The notes below the pieces were generated by a model. The model made no database searches, had not been told where the DNA came from, and worked only from the letters and a program-made list of their open reading frames with translations. A program made the translations under genes and the position numbers. From a virus (Duplodnaviria > Caudoviricetes): DNA of 64,000 nucleotides. This document shows, in pieces, positions 19,914-30,032 of this stretch (position 1 is its first letter; the number at the start of each line of letters is the position of its first letter). The DNA is taken from IMG/VR virus record IMGVR_UViG_3300037067_011302, positions 32,001-96,000 of that record. The stretch is one strand, 5' to 3'.

Positions 19914-20402
19914 TTAATAATCAAGGATCCAATTATCTCCACGTAGTGTTAATGCGATTTCGACCAACCCATGATCTTCATAAGTTAACTCCCCAAAATC
20001 GCAATCCGTTATCATAACACCTTTTCCGCGCCACATCTCTATTATTGTGCCGATGGGATCTACGAGCTTAAGGTCCGCGTCGCGCTTGTAGAAGTCAGCG
20101 TAACCCGCTCGGCCGGACACACTCTCGTAGTGCAGTCGAATCCACTCCATGACCTGTTGCGCTCCCGACGGTGCAATCGGATCGTGCAGCGTGATCGCCA
20201 CGGTCGAGAACTGTGGCTTGCCGGCAACGTAGCGGTGCGAGTTCATGAACGGGATCGGCACCTCTTCGATCGTCATCTGCGGTCGCTTCGCGGTCTTGAC
20301 GATGTACGCGTCAATTCCCTCAATCATTAAGACCCACCTGTTCTTTCGCTTTGGTTCGAAAGCAACATTCAGCATCGATGTAACGTCTAGTGTCTCGGCC
20401 AT
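19914..20402 (-). CDS. Tail tube protein (T4 gp19-like)
   Basis: Start corrected to MAETLDV (GGAGG SD); FEPKRKNRW, ITLHDPIAPSGAQQVMEW, GRAGYADFYK; follows the sheath genes. Confidence 0.9.
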   Translation of the reverse strand: MAETLDVTSMLNVAFEPKRKNRWVLMIEGIDAYIVKTAKRPQMTIEEVPIPFMNSHRYVAGKPQFSTVAITLHDPIAPSGAQQVMEWIRLHYESVSGRAGYADFYKRDADLKLVDPIGTIIEMWRGKGVMITDCDFGELTYEDHGLVEIALTLRGDNWILDY

Positions 20403-20475
20403 TTCTTCATCCTCCTGCGGACGCTCAGTTCCGCACGAACTTAAGTACAAGTCGTGGCGAACAATCTCTCGCTGA

Positions 20476-21693
20476 ATGATTATGTTCTCACAGACAATGG
20501 ATGGAATCACAGGATCAACGATCTCGATCATCACGTGTCCGATCTGTGGTGAGTACTCATCAAAGCGTGAAACTAACGTTGAACGACACATGTTCGAAGC
20601 GCACGGCACGACGCTCGTTGACGAATACGTCAAGCTGCACGGACGACGACAGTGTGCGTGTGGGTGTGGCGGCGCGACGACGTGGCACGGTTGGAGGAAG
20701 GGATTCAGCACCTCGATCTGCGGTCACAACGGTAACATCTACTCGTTCTACGACCACAACAAAGCAACCGCCATCAGCGAAAGAAGGCGCGCGGCACTAC
20801 GTGGCAAGCAAAGTTGGGCAAAGGGATTGACGAAAGAAACTGACAAACGCATTGCACGACGAGCAAAATTGTCCACAATCAGCAAGCGTAGGACTACCTC
20901 ATGTGCTCGTGGTTCACGTGGTCAGACTGAGCTGTCGAAGTTCGTCGAATCGCTCGGCTTCACTGTCGGAAACAACGTCAGAGGAATCATCGGAAACAAG
21001 GAACTTGATATTTTCCTCCCCGAACACTTGTTTGCAATCGAGTACAACGACCTCTACTTACACAGCGAGAGGTTCAAGAGTTCGACGTACCACGAGGAAA
21101 AGTCGTCTCGGTGTGAGGCGATCGGCCTGTCACTGATGCACGTGTTTGAAGATGAGTGGGTGTACAAGAGGAAGATCGTCGAGTCAATCATCAAGAATCG
21201 ACTGAACGTTCCCGACAAACGCATTGACGTCGGATCATGCACTGTGAGAACGATCGACAGGAACACATCCGACTCATTCTTCGACGAATGTCACCTAGAC
21301 GGAAAGAGCGACGTGTCAGGACAGTCAACGATCGCGCTCTTCAACAATGAAGAGTTGGTCTACGCCATTGCAACGACGAACGGTGAAGTCCTGAGGTGCT
21401 GCCCGGCGCTGGGAACGAATGTCCCGGGTGGCCTCGTTGAACTATTGAAACAGCGACCAAACGTCAACTCGATCATCGTCGACGAGAGGCTCGGCAGCAC
21501 GAACTCAGCACTTCGCTCTGCAGGGTTCTCTCCGACGAACGAGACAACACACCGCTCATGGTGGACAGACTACGATTCCAGGTACGACTCATCGCTGTGT
21601 ACTAGAGACGAAGCGGGCACAAGAGGTCTCTACTTCATCCACGGGTGCAGCGTTAGGAGGTGGAAACGAATCACTACTCGTCACGATTTATAA
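20476..21693 (+). mobile_element. Free-standing homing-type endonuclease, paralogue of 18273..19910
   Basis: CPIC..H...H, CACGCG, WAKGLTKETD, ELDIFLP..FAIEYNDLYLH, VFEDEW; sits between sheath and tube. Confidence 0.8.
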
Positions 21694-21707
21694 CATATCG
21701 CATGTCG

Positions 21708-21748
21708 CTAAATAATCAAACGGCACGTTAAAACGTGCCGCTCAATCA
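21708..21748 (-). terminator. Hairpin terminator plus TATTTA box (copy 2 of the 41-bp duplicate)
   Basis: Identical to 15784..15824; 20 nt after the sheath stop codon. Confidence 0.75.
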
Positions 21749-21767
21749 CTCAATCACCGTCAAAACA

Positions 21768-24700
21768 TCACAAGGAGGTCGCTGAATTACCAACCACGAA
21801 GTCCAGCGATGCGTACTCAAGTGCCTTGAGCGGCTTCACAAAGATCTTTCCACGGATCGTGTTGTTCTCAACGTCAGCCTGAGTCGTCGTCGAAGAATCG
21901 ATCATGATCTTGTACCTCTCGAGCCCCGACAACGCCTGAACCCTCTGCAACCTCGGTGTGACGGCCGCGGAGAACTTCGCCAGTGTCGTTTCCCTATTCT
22001 GCTCGAACATGATCGTGTCTGCGATCTCTCTGACCTGTCGACGAATGTCGATCATGAGTCGCCTGACGTTGACGCGGTCGAGCGACGAAGCGGCAGCCTG
22101 GAGCGTCTTCTGCCCCCACACCATCACGCCACCCTTCGGCGCAGTTCCAGACGACGGAGCGCCAGGGAATGCAATAAGCGGATTGATGTTTGCGTCGTAC
22201 AACACGTCCATGTTGTTCTTGGAAAGTTGCACCCGAGCTTCGAGGGTCGTCGACAGAGCACCTCGAGTGAAACCGGCAGGTGCAAACCAAGGATATCCAA
22301 CCGCATCATTCAAGGCCAGTGCTCCGAGGACAACGACCGACGGAGGAACGAACAGGTTGGTGTCCGTGTTTGGATCGGTGATGCTGACGTCAGGGAAGTA
22401 TGCAGCCGCGAATGACGTATCGAGCGAACGATCAGTCAGTTTCGTTGCCGTCAATTGGACGGCTGGGAACTGTGAATCAGCGGTGACATTCTCCTCATCG
22501 TTATCGACCTGTTCGATGTCCATGACGTACATGGCATCAAACCTCTCCTCGACGGCATCGATTGCAGCGTCTGTCACGATCGGATGCCTAATGCCAGGAA
22601 TCGCGAGCAGCTGAATGTCAACGTTCACGACGTTCTTCATCACCTCGATTGCCTTCAGGTACGCCCTGACGTTTGGACCGTTGTTGTACAGGCGATCTGC
22701 ATCGTTCATGTCAGCAACGACTGCGTTGTCATTGATGTTTGTTTCATCCTCATTGAAGAGGTTCGTTCCGTCAAATCCACCCTGCATGAACGCCGTGAAC
22801 TTAACGAATCGCCTGTTCGCTTGAGTGATGTCATCGACCGAGAACCTTCTTGACTTTGCCGTCTCGTCAGCCGAGATGACGCCGTTCCGGACGTACGTTG
22901 CCTGATCCCATTCCTGAGGATCGGCGAGCGTCGTCGATGAGGTGACCACGGACAGGTTCTCGAGGGTGAACATGTTGCGACAGAACTTGTCAGAATCAAT
23001 GATTCCATTCTCCGCAGACTCGGCTGTCCCGGCGTTGTCACCGGCCGCAAATCCCATGTTGGTGACCGCAAATTCAGGGAAGTACTTTGCGTACGATTCG
23101 AGCGACTCATTCTTGAGAGTGCTGGCGTTCTTTGTCGTCAACGACGTGACGTGCTCAAACTGCGTTCCCCAATATAGGAGAGGATTGACGAGCACCTTCA
23201 CGCCTGATCCCTGTGTGATATTCTCGCGGAATGGAACGGGCGGCTCGACTGCACGCTTGTACGCAGTCGGAACGATCAATTGTTGCGTCGTCGAACCACT
23301 GACGGGAACGAAGCTCGTCATTGGAAGCGAACCAGACGTCACAATGTGATAGGGACCTCGGAATCCAACAGGAAGTGCGGTGGGATCGACGGTCTCATTC
23401 TCAATTCCGGAGTCGACCTCGATGCGAATGAGGTTTGACTTATTCTCGTAGTTTCCCTCGACCACGAGCTTCTGTGCAGACTCCGTGCGATCGAAGTCAT
23501 AGAATGCGTGAACGTCGCCGATGATCTTTGAGATGTAGCGATCTGACGAAGGATCGAGGCTAAGACCTCTCCACTTTTCGAGCGCAACTTGATTGACGTC
23601 GTTATCGTTCCAATCTCGAACGATCAGATCAAACGTTCCGTACTTGTACGTATCGTCAGACGAAGGCGCGAGGTTCTCGATCGACAACTTATAGTTCGTA
23701 GAGATTCCGGAACCAGCATCGAGAGCATGGACCCTAAACAGGTTGACCGGATTTCCACCGAATTTCTGTGAAATGAACCACGGCGATCGAGCGTGCGAAA
23801 AGCGATCAACGAACGTCTCGTAGTTAGGAACGTATGCAGTTCCAACATTGCGAGCACACGAACCAGTTGTGATGAACGCAGCGGCTTCAGCTCCTGACTT
23901 GAACGCCGTCGATGCACCTGCACCGCTGAGGTTATCAACAATTCCTGTTCCGGTCACGACCGCCGTCGTCGGGTGAATGTCCCAGTGAGCGTACAGGTAG
24001 TGTCCGGCCTTCTGACAGAGCAACGGATCGGTGTTGAATACGTTCGCAAAGTAGTTCGGCGAAGTGTAGTCAAACGATGCAGTGAGCACGTTCGGATACA
24101 ACGAGTCGAGGCCCTGATGGCCATTCAGGAGCATCACAAACTCCTCCTTGGCGACGGTACCGTCCAACAACACGACCGCACCCTCGACCGCACCGTGGGC
24201 TGTGGTGGTGGTTGCAATGAGTGTCGACGGAGGAGGAGTGTTGTCGCCCTCACGAGAGTTCGACAACGTGAGGATGACGCCTGACGGTGCCATCAATACG
24301 CCACGAACGATCGGAATAGACGATGTGATTCCAGGCGTGATGCCCCCGGCACCCTGTAATCCTGCATCACTAAAGATCGTTGAACCCAAAGATTCAGACA
24401 TCAGTGCACAGAGAAAGTACGTCCGACCGAGAACGCTGTTGCTGCCTGAGTTTGCGTACTCATTGCCGAACAACGCTCCATCGCTCGCACGAGGTTGATC
24501 CTCACCGACGGTGAAGCCGGCGCTCGTGACGCTGCCATCTGCGTTGCGCTTGAGGCCATTTCCGACGCCGAGCACTCTGATGAATGTTGCGGCACCAGCA
24601 TTGCGTAGCCACTCTCTGACGGCCAACGGTCCGAACTTCTTTCCATCCGACAGCCCAAACTTCGAGTAAAAATCGTCGACGATGCCGACGGTGATCGGAA

Positions 24701-24830
24701 CGAATGCCGGTCCCTGTAACGACGTACCGATGACGCCCGCCGGAACGCCTACCGGTTCCTGAACTACCGGACCGGAGATGTCAATCTCACGCGCTGTCAC
24801 GCCCGGCGAACCAAATTTCATCTGCGCCAT
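21768..24830 (-). CDS. Tail sheath protein B (gp18-like)
   Basis: SPGVTAREID, GPAFVP, YPWFAPAGFTRG, WGQKTLQ..SSLDRVNVRRL. Confidence 0.95.
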   Translation of the reverse strand: MAQMKFGSPGVTAREIDISGPVVQEPVGVPAGVIGTSLQGPAFVPITVGIVDDFYSKFGLSDGKKFGPLAVREWLRNAGAATFIRVLGVGNGLKRNADGSVTSAGFTVGEDQPRASDGALFGNEYANSGSNSVLGRTYFLCALMSESLGSTIFSDAGLQGAGGITPGITSSIPIVRGVLMAPSGVILTLSNSREGDNTPPPSTLIATTTTAHGAVEGAVVLLDGTVAKEEFVMLLNGHQGLDSLYPNVLTASFDYTSPNYFANVFNTDPLLCQKAGHYLYAHWDIHPTTAVVTGTGIVDNLSGAGASTAFKSGAEAAAFITTGSCARNVGTAYVPNYETFVDRFSHARSPWFISQKFGGNPVNLFRVHALDAGSGISTNYKLSIENLAPSSDDTYKYGTFDLIVRDWNDNDVNQVALEKWRGLSLDPSSDRYISKIIGDVHAFYDFDRTESAQKLVVEGNYENKSNLIRIEVDSGIENETVDPTALPVGFRGPYHIVTSGSLPMTSFVPVSGSTTQQLIVPTAYKRAVEPPVPFRENITQGSGVKVLVNPLLYWGTQFEHVTSLTTKNASTLKNESLESYAKYFPEFAVTNMGFAAGDNAGTAESAENGIIDSDKFCRNMFTLENLSVVTSSTTLADPQEWDQATYVRNGVISADETAKSRRFSVDDITQANRRFVKFTAFMQGGFDGTNLFNEDETNINDNAVVADMNDADRLYNNGPNVRAYLKAIEVMKNVVNVDIQLLAIPGIRHPIVTDAAIDAVEERFDAMYVMDIEQVDNDEENVTADSQFPAVQLTATKLTDRSLDTSFAAAYFPDVSITDPNTDTNLFVPPSVVVLGALALNDAVGYPWFAPAGFTRGALSTTLEARVQLSKNNMDVLYDANINPLIAFPGAPSSGTAPKGGVMVWGQKTLQAAASSLDRVNVRRLMIDIRRQVREIADTIMFEQNRETTLAKFSAAVTPRLQRVQALSGLERYKIMIDSSTTTQADVENNTIRGKIFVKPLKALEYASLDFVVGNSATSL

Positions 24831-24941
24831 TGTTTAACCTCTGACGTGTAAGTATCGTTGTCATGGTGAACACGCAGCGTGAAATGCACATCGGCGCAGC
24901 ACCACTTGGCACCGCGCCGACTTTTATCGTATGATCGTCGA

Positions 24942-27900
24942 TCAGACGAACATGACGTTGTTGTTGGTGATGATGAAATCTACGGCGATGTTCTCAATCG
25001 TCTTCGTCGGAATGACAACGATCCTACCGTTCATCCTGTTCAACTGCACGTCCTCGGCCGTGTTGTTCGTCTCATTGCAGATGACCTTGCACCTCTCGAT
25101 TCCCTGTTGGCTCTGGATCAGTGCCAGTTGAATGACGACGTCGGCAACAAACTTATTTCGTAGCGCCGGCGTGATGTTGTCGAACATCTCCTTTCTGACG
25201 ATGTCAACAACGATCCTCTTCACCTCAAGCATGAGGCGACGAACGTTGACGCGGTCGAGCGATGACTTCGCAATCTGCAACGTCTTCTGTCCGTAGATGA
25301 CGTACTTGAGACGTGGGAACGTTGCAATCGGGTTGATTCGACTGTCGTACAACCTGTCACGGTCACTGACGTTCAGTCTCACGTCAACGTTCGTGACAAA
25401 GTCAAGCGACGCGCGGTTGAATCCTGCCGGAGCGTACCACGGGTACTTGACGCGATCGTTGAATCCAATGGCACCGATCGCCGCAATGGACGCCGGCACC
25501 TTCACCCTGCGTTTGTTTGTCAGGTCGTCAATGTAGACGCTCGGGAAGTACGTGCCGGCGTAATTGTTGTCAATCGCTCGTGTGTCCAACTGTGCAGCGG
25601 TCTGATCAACGTTCGGCCTGGCGGTTGAATCATCGTACAGTCGACCTGAATCATCGTCGTACGATGGAATGTCCATGATGTAGTACGCCAAGCCGTAGTC
25701 CTTTGTCTTGCTCATCGCATAGTCGGTCAGGAACGTCTCCCTGATTCCAGGAATCAGAATGACATTGTGATTGACGATCATTCCGTCGGTCATGATGTCG
25801 ATCGCCGTCTTGTAGGAGATGACGTTCGAGTTCGCCTGTCCCGCACCGTTCATGTTCGACAACATTCCCGGAGATACGTAATTCGCCTCAGCACCGCCGC
25901 CAGTGTCGAATGACGTTGACTTGTCGTTCATGCGCCGAGCATTGAGATCGAGGAAGTTCAATCCGTCGAATCCACCTCCCATGAACGTGACGAACTTTGC
26001 GTATTGCGCAAACTTGTTAAAATTTGCCGCCGTATCATTCGCGAGGATCGTTGCAAACGTGACGCGCTTTCCGAGAGCGTCGGTGATCGTGTAGTTCGTT
26101 CCGTCGACGACACCGTCGCGGATGTACGCCGCCTCACGCATGTGTTCCTTCAACGTTCCTGTCAGCGACGTGAGAGAGACCGCCGACAGAGCAACCTTCG
26201 ACAGAGAAAACTTGTTGTTGTTGAACGTGTCAGCACCTGAACCGGTGACGAGAGCATCGAGCTTCTTGATGCCGACGAACTTCGTGTACGCGTCAACGAT
26301 TGCATTCTTCTCTGATTCAATGTTCGTGTTGAGAGGAGTAGTGCAACGCTCGAACTTGACGCCCCAATAGAACTGGCTGCTCGCCATTTCATTTTGGCCC
26401 GGTTGACCGTCCCAAGTCGTCGACGACGGAATCGCTCCCTTCGTGATCTTGTAACGGAATGGAATCGGAGGAACGATCGCTCCAGACAACGTCAACTGCG
26501 TATCAACGCCCAGGCAACCACCGAAGCGAGAGAGTGCGGCGGTCGTTGGGACTGTGTCATTCAGCGAATCGTTCGTCTTGATCGTTTCAATTCCCTTGAA
26601 GCCGAAAGGCAATGACCTGGCAGGAATCGTTGCCTTTTCGACCGCGGTCGTGGGCAGCACGCGGACAAGCTTCGACATGTTCTTGTACTTTCCACTCATG
26701 ACGATGCGACGTTCATTTTCATCGACGGCATCAAAGTTGAACGTGACCTTACGATCACCGATCAATTTTGCGATGTACGTGTCAGAATTCGGATCCAACG
26801 AACAATTGTGAAACTCCTCGAGCGGCGTAGGATTGAGGTCATTGTCATTCCAGTCCCTGATCTGGACTGTGAACGTGCCGTACGGGTATGAATCATCAAG
26901 CGACGCCTTGAGGTTCTTGATCGCGATCTTGTACAACTTGTTGGCGTACTCGCCATCGTCGAGCGCCTCAAATTTGAACAGTTCGTACTCAGTTGTGCCG
27001 AAAGGTTGTGAGATGAACATCGGCGAAGCAGGCGTCGTGTATCGAGTGTTATAGGCGCCGAACACTTTCCTGAAAGGCAACGTTGTGTCGCCTGACACAC
27101 TCGACGTTGACGCAGAACCTGACAACACGCCGACGACTGTCGGAGTCGCCAACTCATCATCAACCGCAAAGTCAGCGTGCAGATAGTGCATGTCCTGAAC
27201 GAATCGATCAGGATCTCTTTTCAGCACCTTACCGATGTAGTCAGCACTGGTCGGATCAAGCGATGCCGTCATGATCCTAATTCCAGGATTGTTGTCAGTA
27301 TTGTAGTAGGCGTTACCGAGCGTTGACGAGATGACTAGTTTGAACTTTCCACCGACGAGCGTTGCACCGTCGTCCGGACCGTCTGCAGTGAACGCACCGA
27401 CAGCCGACTCATTTCCGTCCAAAACCATCAACCTAGCGCCCGTGGCGACCATGACGATGCCCCTGACGAGCTGTGCAGTCGTTGCGCCGTACGACGTATT
27501 GTCGGTGAACATCGGCATGCCGTACGCCTCTGACGTCTGAAGCGTGTGCTTTGCAACGATGAACTGCACGGCACCGTCGTGACGTCCACGAGAGTCATGT
27601 GTCGCGAGCGCACCGATCATCGAAAATCCTGCATTTGTCACCGTTCCCTTCAACGATGTCGTTGACATGTCAGTGACCGTGACATTTCCACCAGCACCCA
27701 ACACACGCATGTACGTCAGTGCAGAACGATTCTTCAAGAATTCATTGACAGCGTACGGTCCAAACATCTTCGTGTCTAGGCCGCCGAATATGCTGACGAA
27801 TTCATCGTAATTTGCCAACGTCACCGGCACAAATGCTGGACCCTTCCTTGACGTACCGATAACGCCAGCCGGAATTCCGGATGGCACTACGGCAACCGGT

Positions 27901-27962
27901 GCCGACAGATCAACTTCACGATCGTAAAAATTTGGTGAACGAAATGTTTGCTCTTGTGCCAT
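24942..27962 (-). CDS. Tail sheath protein A (gp18-like)
   Basis: SPNFYDREVD, KGPAFVP, YPWYAPAGFNR, YGQKTLQ..SSLDRVNVRRL. Confidence 0.95.
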   Translation of the reverse strand: MAQEQTFRSPNFYDREVDLSAPVAVVPSGIPAGVIGTSRKGPAFVPVTLANYDEFVSIFGGLDTKMFGPYAVNEFLKNRSALTYMRVLGAGGNVTVTDMSTTSLKGTVTNAGFSMIGALATHDSRGRHDGAVQFIVAKHTLQTSEAYGMPMFTDNTSYGATTAQLVRGIVMVATGARLMVLDGNESAVGAFTADGPDDGATLVGGKFKLVISSTLGNAYYNTDNNPGIRIMTASLDPTSADYIGKVLKRDPDRFVQDMHYLHADFAVDDELATPTVVGVLSGSASTSSVSGDTTLPFRKVFGAYNTRYTTPASPMFISQPFGTTEYELFKFEALDDGEYANKLYKIAIKNLKASLDDSYPYGTFTVQIRDWNDNDLNPTPLEEFHNCSLDPNSDTYIAKLIGDRKVTFNFDAVDENERRIVMSGKYKNMSKLVRVLPTTAVEKATIPARSLPFGFKGIETIKTNDSLNDTVPTTAALSRFGGCLGVDTQLTLSGAIVPPIPFRYKITKGAIPSSTTWDGQPGQNEMASSQFYWGVKFERCTTPLNTNIESEKNAIVDAYTKFVGIKKLDALVTGSGADTFNNNKFSLSKVALSAVSLTSLTGTLKEHMREAAYIRDGVVDGTNYTITDALGKRVTFATILANDTAANFNKFAQYAKFVTFMGGGFDGLNFLDLNARRMNDKSTSFDTGGGAEANYVSPGMLSNMNGAGQANSNVISYKTAIDIMTDGMIVNHNVILIPGIRETFLTDYAMSKTKDYGLAYYIMDIPSYDDDSGRLYDDSTARPNVDQTAAQLDTRAIDNNYAGTYFPSVYIDDLTNKRRVKVPASIAAIGAIGFNDRVKYPWYAPAGFNRASLDFVTNVDVRLNVSDRDRLYDSRINPIATFPRLKYVIYGQKTLQIAKSSLDRVNVRRLMLEVKRIVVDIVRKEMFDNITPALRNKFVADVVIQLALIQSQQGIERCKVICNETNNTAEDVQLNRMNGRIVVIPTKTIENIAVDFIITNNNVMFV

Positions 27963-28011
27963 TTTATGCTCCTACAACTGCGCTAGTCAGCATAAGTATG
28001 GCGTGCGTGAG

Positions 28012-29325
28012 TCACACTTCAGCATCGTCTTCGACGGTCAGAAGTTGCAGATCACCCAAATCAACATCAGACGAATACACAGTCTCTCCGACGTATGAAT
28101 TCATCGACGCAATACGTATGTACTTCGTCGTCTTTTTTCCTGACGAATCTGTCCTGACGATCTTCTTGTATCGCTTAAGACTGTGTCCTCGAGGAACGTT
28201 TGCCCTCGCAGGATCGTGTTGAGCAACAACACCTCGAGACGGATACAATTGAGTCTCTCCAACGCTTCGTCCATCACGACGTAACGTTGAACCGGCAACT
28301 GGAAGCGTCGGATCGTCAGAACCTATGAATGGTTCCTCCACATACCCATCGATCTTTCCCTCTCCGGTGTCGCCGGTTGAAATGTCAAACGTGATGAACG
28401 GAGCCGAAACGCTTCGCTTCAACGGAACAGGCGCACCGGGCACTGACGTTGCAAGTATGTACGATGGAACTTTCACGACAAATTTTGTCATGATCGTTCG
28501 TTCGTCCGTTGACATGTCGTCTGCGTTGTTCTCTGCATTGAACGAATTATCCTCAACGCTCGCTATGAACCAATATCCCTTCTTGGTGTCTAACCTCCAC
28601 GAATTACCTTGTGGGAGGAATGATGAAATTAACTGCTCGATCACCTGATTCATGTGCAGCAATTTTTGCGTCCACACGGTCACCTCATACGTTGCCGTGT
28701 AAAATTGTGGTGTTGGAATTGAGATCGTCTCATACACGTTTCTTCTACGATCGAGCAACAACAATCCGCCGTCCTCAACCGTCGGATCTTCTGATAGATC
28801 TCCTATTGTACGAGACGTCGTCAATTGAGATTGATCGCCCTCACCCTCAGAGACTGCCAAGTTCGATTGATGAGGAATCAACGTCCTGTTGATCAAATTT
28901 TGATACGTTCGATCGCTCGATGACAATCGTCTCCTGATTACAAACTCTCCGGTCTGTTGATTGATTCCTCTACCTGCAATGTCCTGCACGGGATCCTGAA
29001 CGACAGACGTCCTTATCATCGTGATCAACGGAAGGATCAGTGAACCATTCCTATCACGCAGTGCCCTGTTGTTCTTGATCATCGACCAACGTTCGCCACA
29101 CGCAAACATCACGGGAACGTTCACATTCGACTTTCCGTCGCCTCCAACCTGTGGCCTGATTTCCTTGTCGAATAAATTGAACAGTGCCTCGTCAACGTCC
29201 TCAAGACCGATGCACGGAACTGTCAAGTTACCTGCACTGATGCCGTCGTATCCAGAAGACAACCCAGGAACGTTGAACCTTGAACTGCTTCTCGAATTAA
29301 ATCGTGTCGCCATTCGCACCCTCAC
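28012..29325 (-). CDS. Tail terminator / sheath stabiliser (gp15-like)
   Basis: LEDVDEAL, VPVMFACGERW, RDRNGSLILPLI; between neck and sheath genes. Confidence 0.7.
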   Translation of the reverse strand: MRVRMATRFNSRSSSRFNVPGLSSGYDGISAGNLTVPCIGLEDVDEALFNLFDKEIRPQVGGDGKSNVNVPVMFACGERWSMIKNNRALRDRNGSLILPLITMIRTSVVQDPVQDIAGRGINQQTGEFVIRRRLSSSDRTYQNLINRTLIPHQSNLAVSEGEGDQSQLTTSRTIGDLSEDPTVEDGGLLLLDRRRNVYETISIPTPQFYTATYEVTVWTQKLLHMNQVIEQLISSFLPQGNSWRLDTKKGYWFIASVEDNSFNAENNADDMSTDERTIMTKFVVKVPSYILATSVPGAPVPLKRSVSAPFITFDISTGDTGEGKIDGYVEEPFIGSDDPTLPVAGSTLRRDGRSVGETQLYPSRGVVAQHDPARANVPRGHSLKRYKKIVRTDSSGKKTTKYIRIASMNSYVGETVYSSDVDLGDLQLLTVEDDAEV

Positions 29326-29996
29326 TCATCGTAGAAGCCGGGACTTGCTGTTGAGTTATCTTCACCAGTGCCCTTTTCTGACACTTCACGTTGACCAGTC
29401 AATGGTGCATCCAACACGTTCTCCTTTATCAGGTCACGGACGTCGCCGGTAGGACCTGACGAATTGCTCGCAAGTCCTCTCTGTTGTTCAAACTTCTTCT
29501 GCACCGCATCATCATCTGTGTACTTGATGTCGGTTGGACCCTTCAATTGTGCCTTAAATTGACTGTCACGTGCCTTCATTCCTGTCAACTTCACACCGCG
29601 TCGATGTTCAGGAAGGCCGAAGATGTTTCCAACGTACACGAGGTCAGTCACCTCATAGAAGATGTCGCTGAACGAAAAGAAATCACCGATGCACGCCTTA
29701 ATTCCCTTGTCGACCATGTCACGGTACTGAACGAATACCTCAATCTTGAACCTCGCATCAGGACCAAATGCCTGCGTCTTTGTCTCATCCTGAAAGTGCG
29801 AATCAACGATGCAATCAAGGACAATCGGATTGTCGTACACGTGTTCCATCGCTTCATTGTACACGCCGTGAACTCGAGTCTTCAACTCTGAGATCGGATA
29901 GTACGTGATGAAGAACCCGCCGACGTCCTTCACGAGTTCCTTCGTGACATCGCTGATGAAATTTAGGTCTCGTGGAGTGACAAACAGTCGTGACAT
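29322..29996 (-). CDS. Neck / head-closure protein (gp14-like)
   Basis: ITYYPIS...GVYNEA, IGDFFSFSDIFYEV; position. Confidence 0.7.
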   Translation of the reverse strand: MSRLFVTPRDLNFISDVTKELVKDVGGFFITYYPISELKTRVHGVYNEAMEHVYDNPIVLDCIVDSHFQDETKTQAFGPDARFKIEVFVQYRDMVDKGIKACIGDFFSFSDIFYEVTDLVYVGNIFGLPEHRRGVKLTGMKARDSQFKAQLKGPTDIKYTDDDAVQKKFEQQRGLASNSSGPTGDVRDLIKENVLDAPLTGQREVSEKGTGEDNSTASPGFYDE

Positions 29997-30032
29997 CGTG
30001 TTGAAACTAAGTATGATACAGACGACACGATG

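Noticed and set aside
20403-20711. N-terminal extension of the tail tube ORF (similar over-long starts at 31292, 40514, 49482, 54412, 57713)
   Set aside because: Extensions overlap other genes; SD or promoter geometry and paralogue alignment support the downstream starts.
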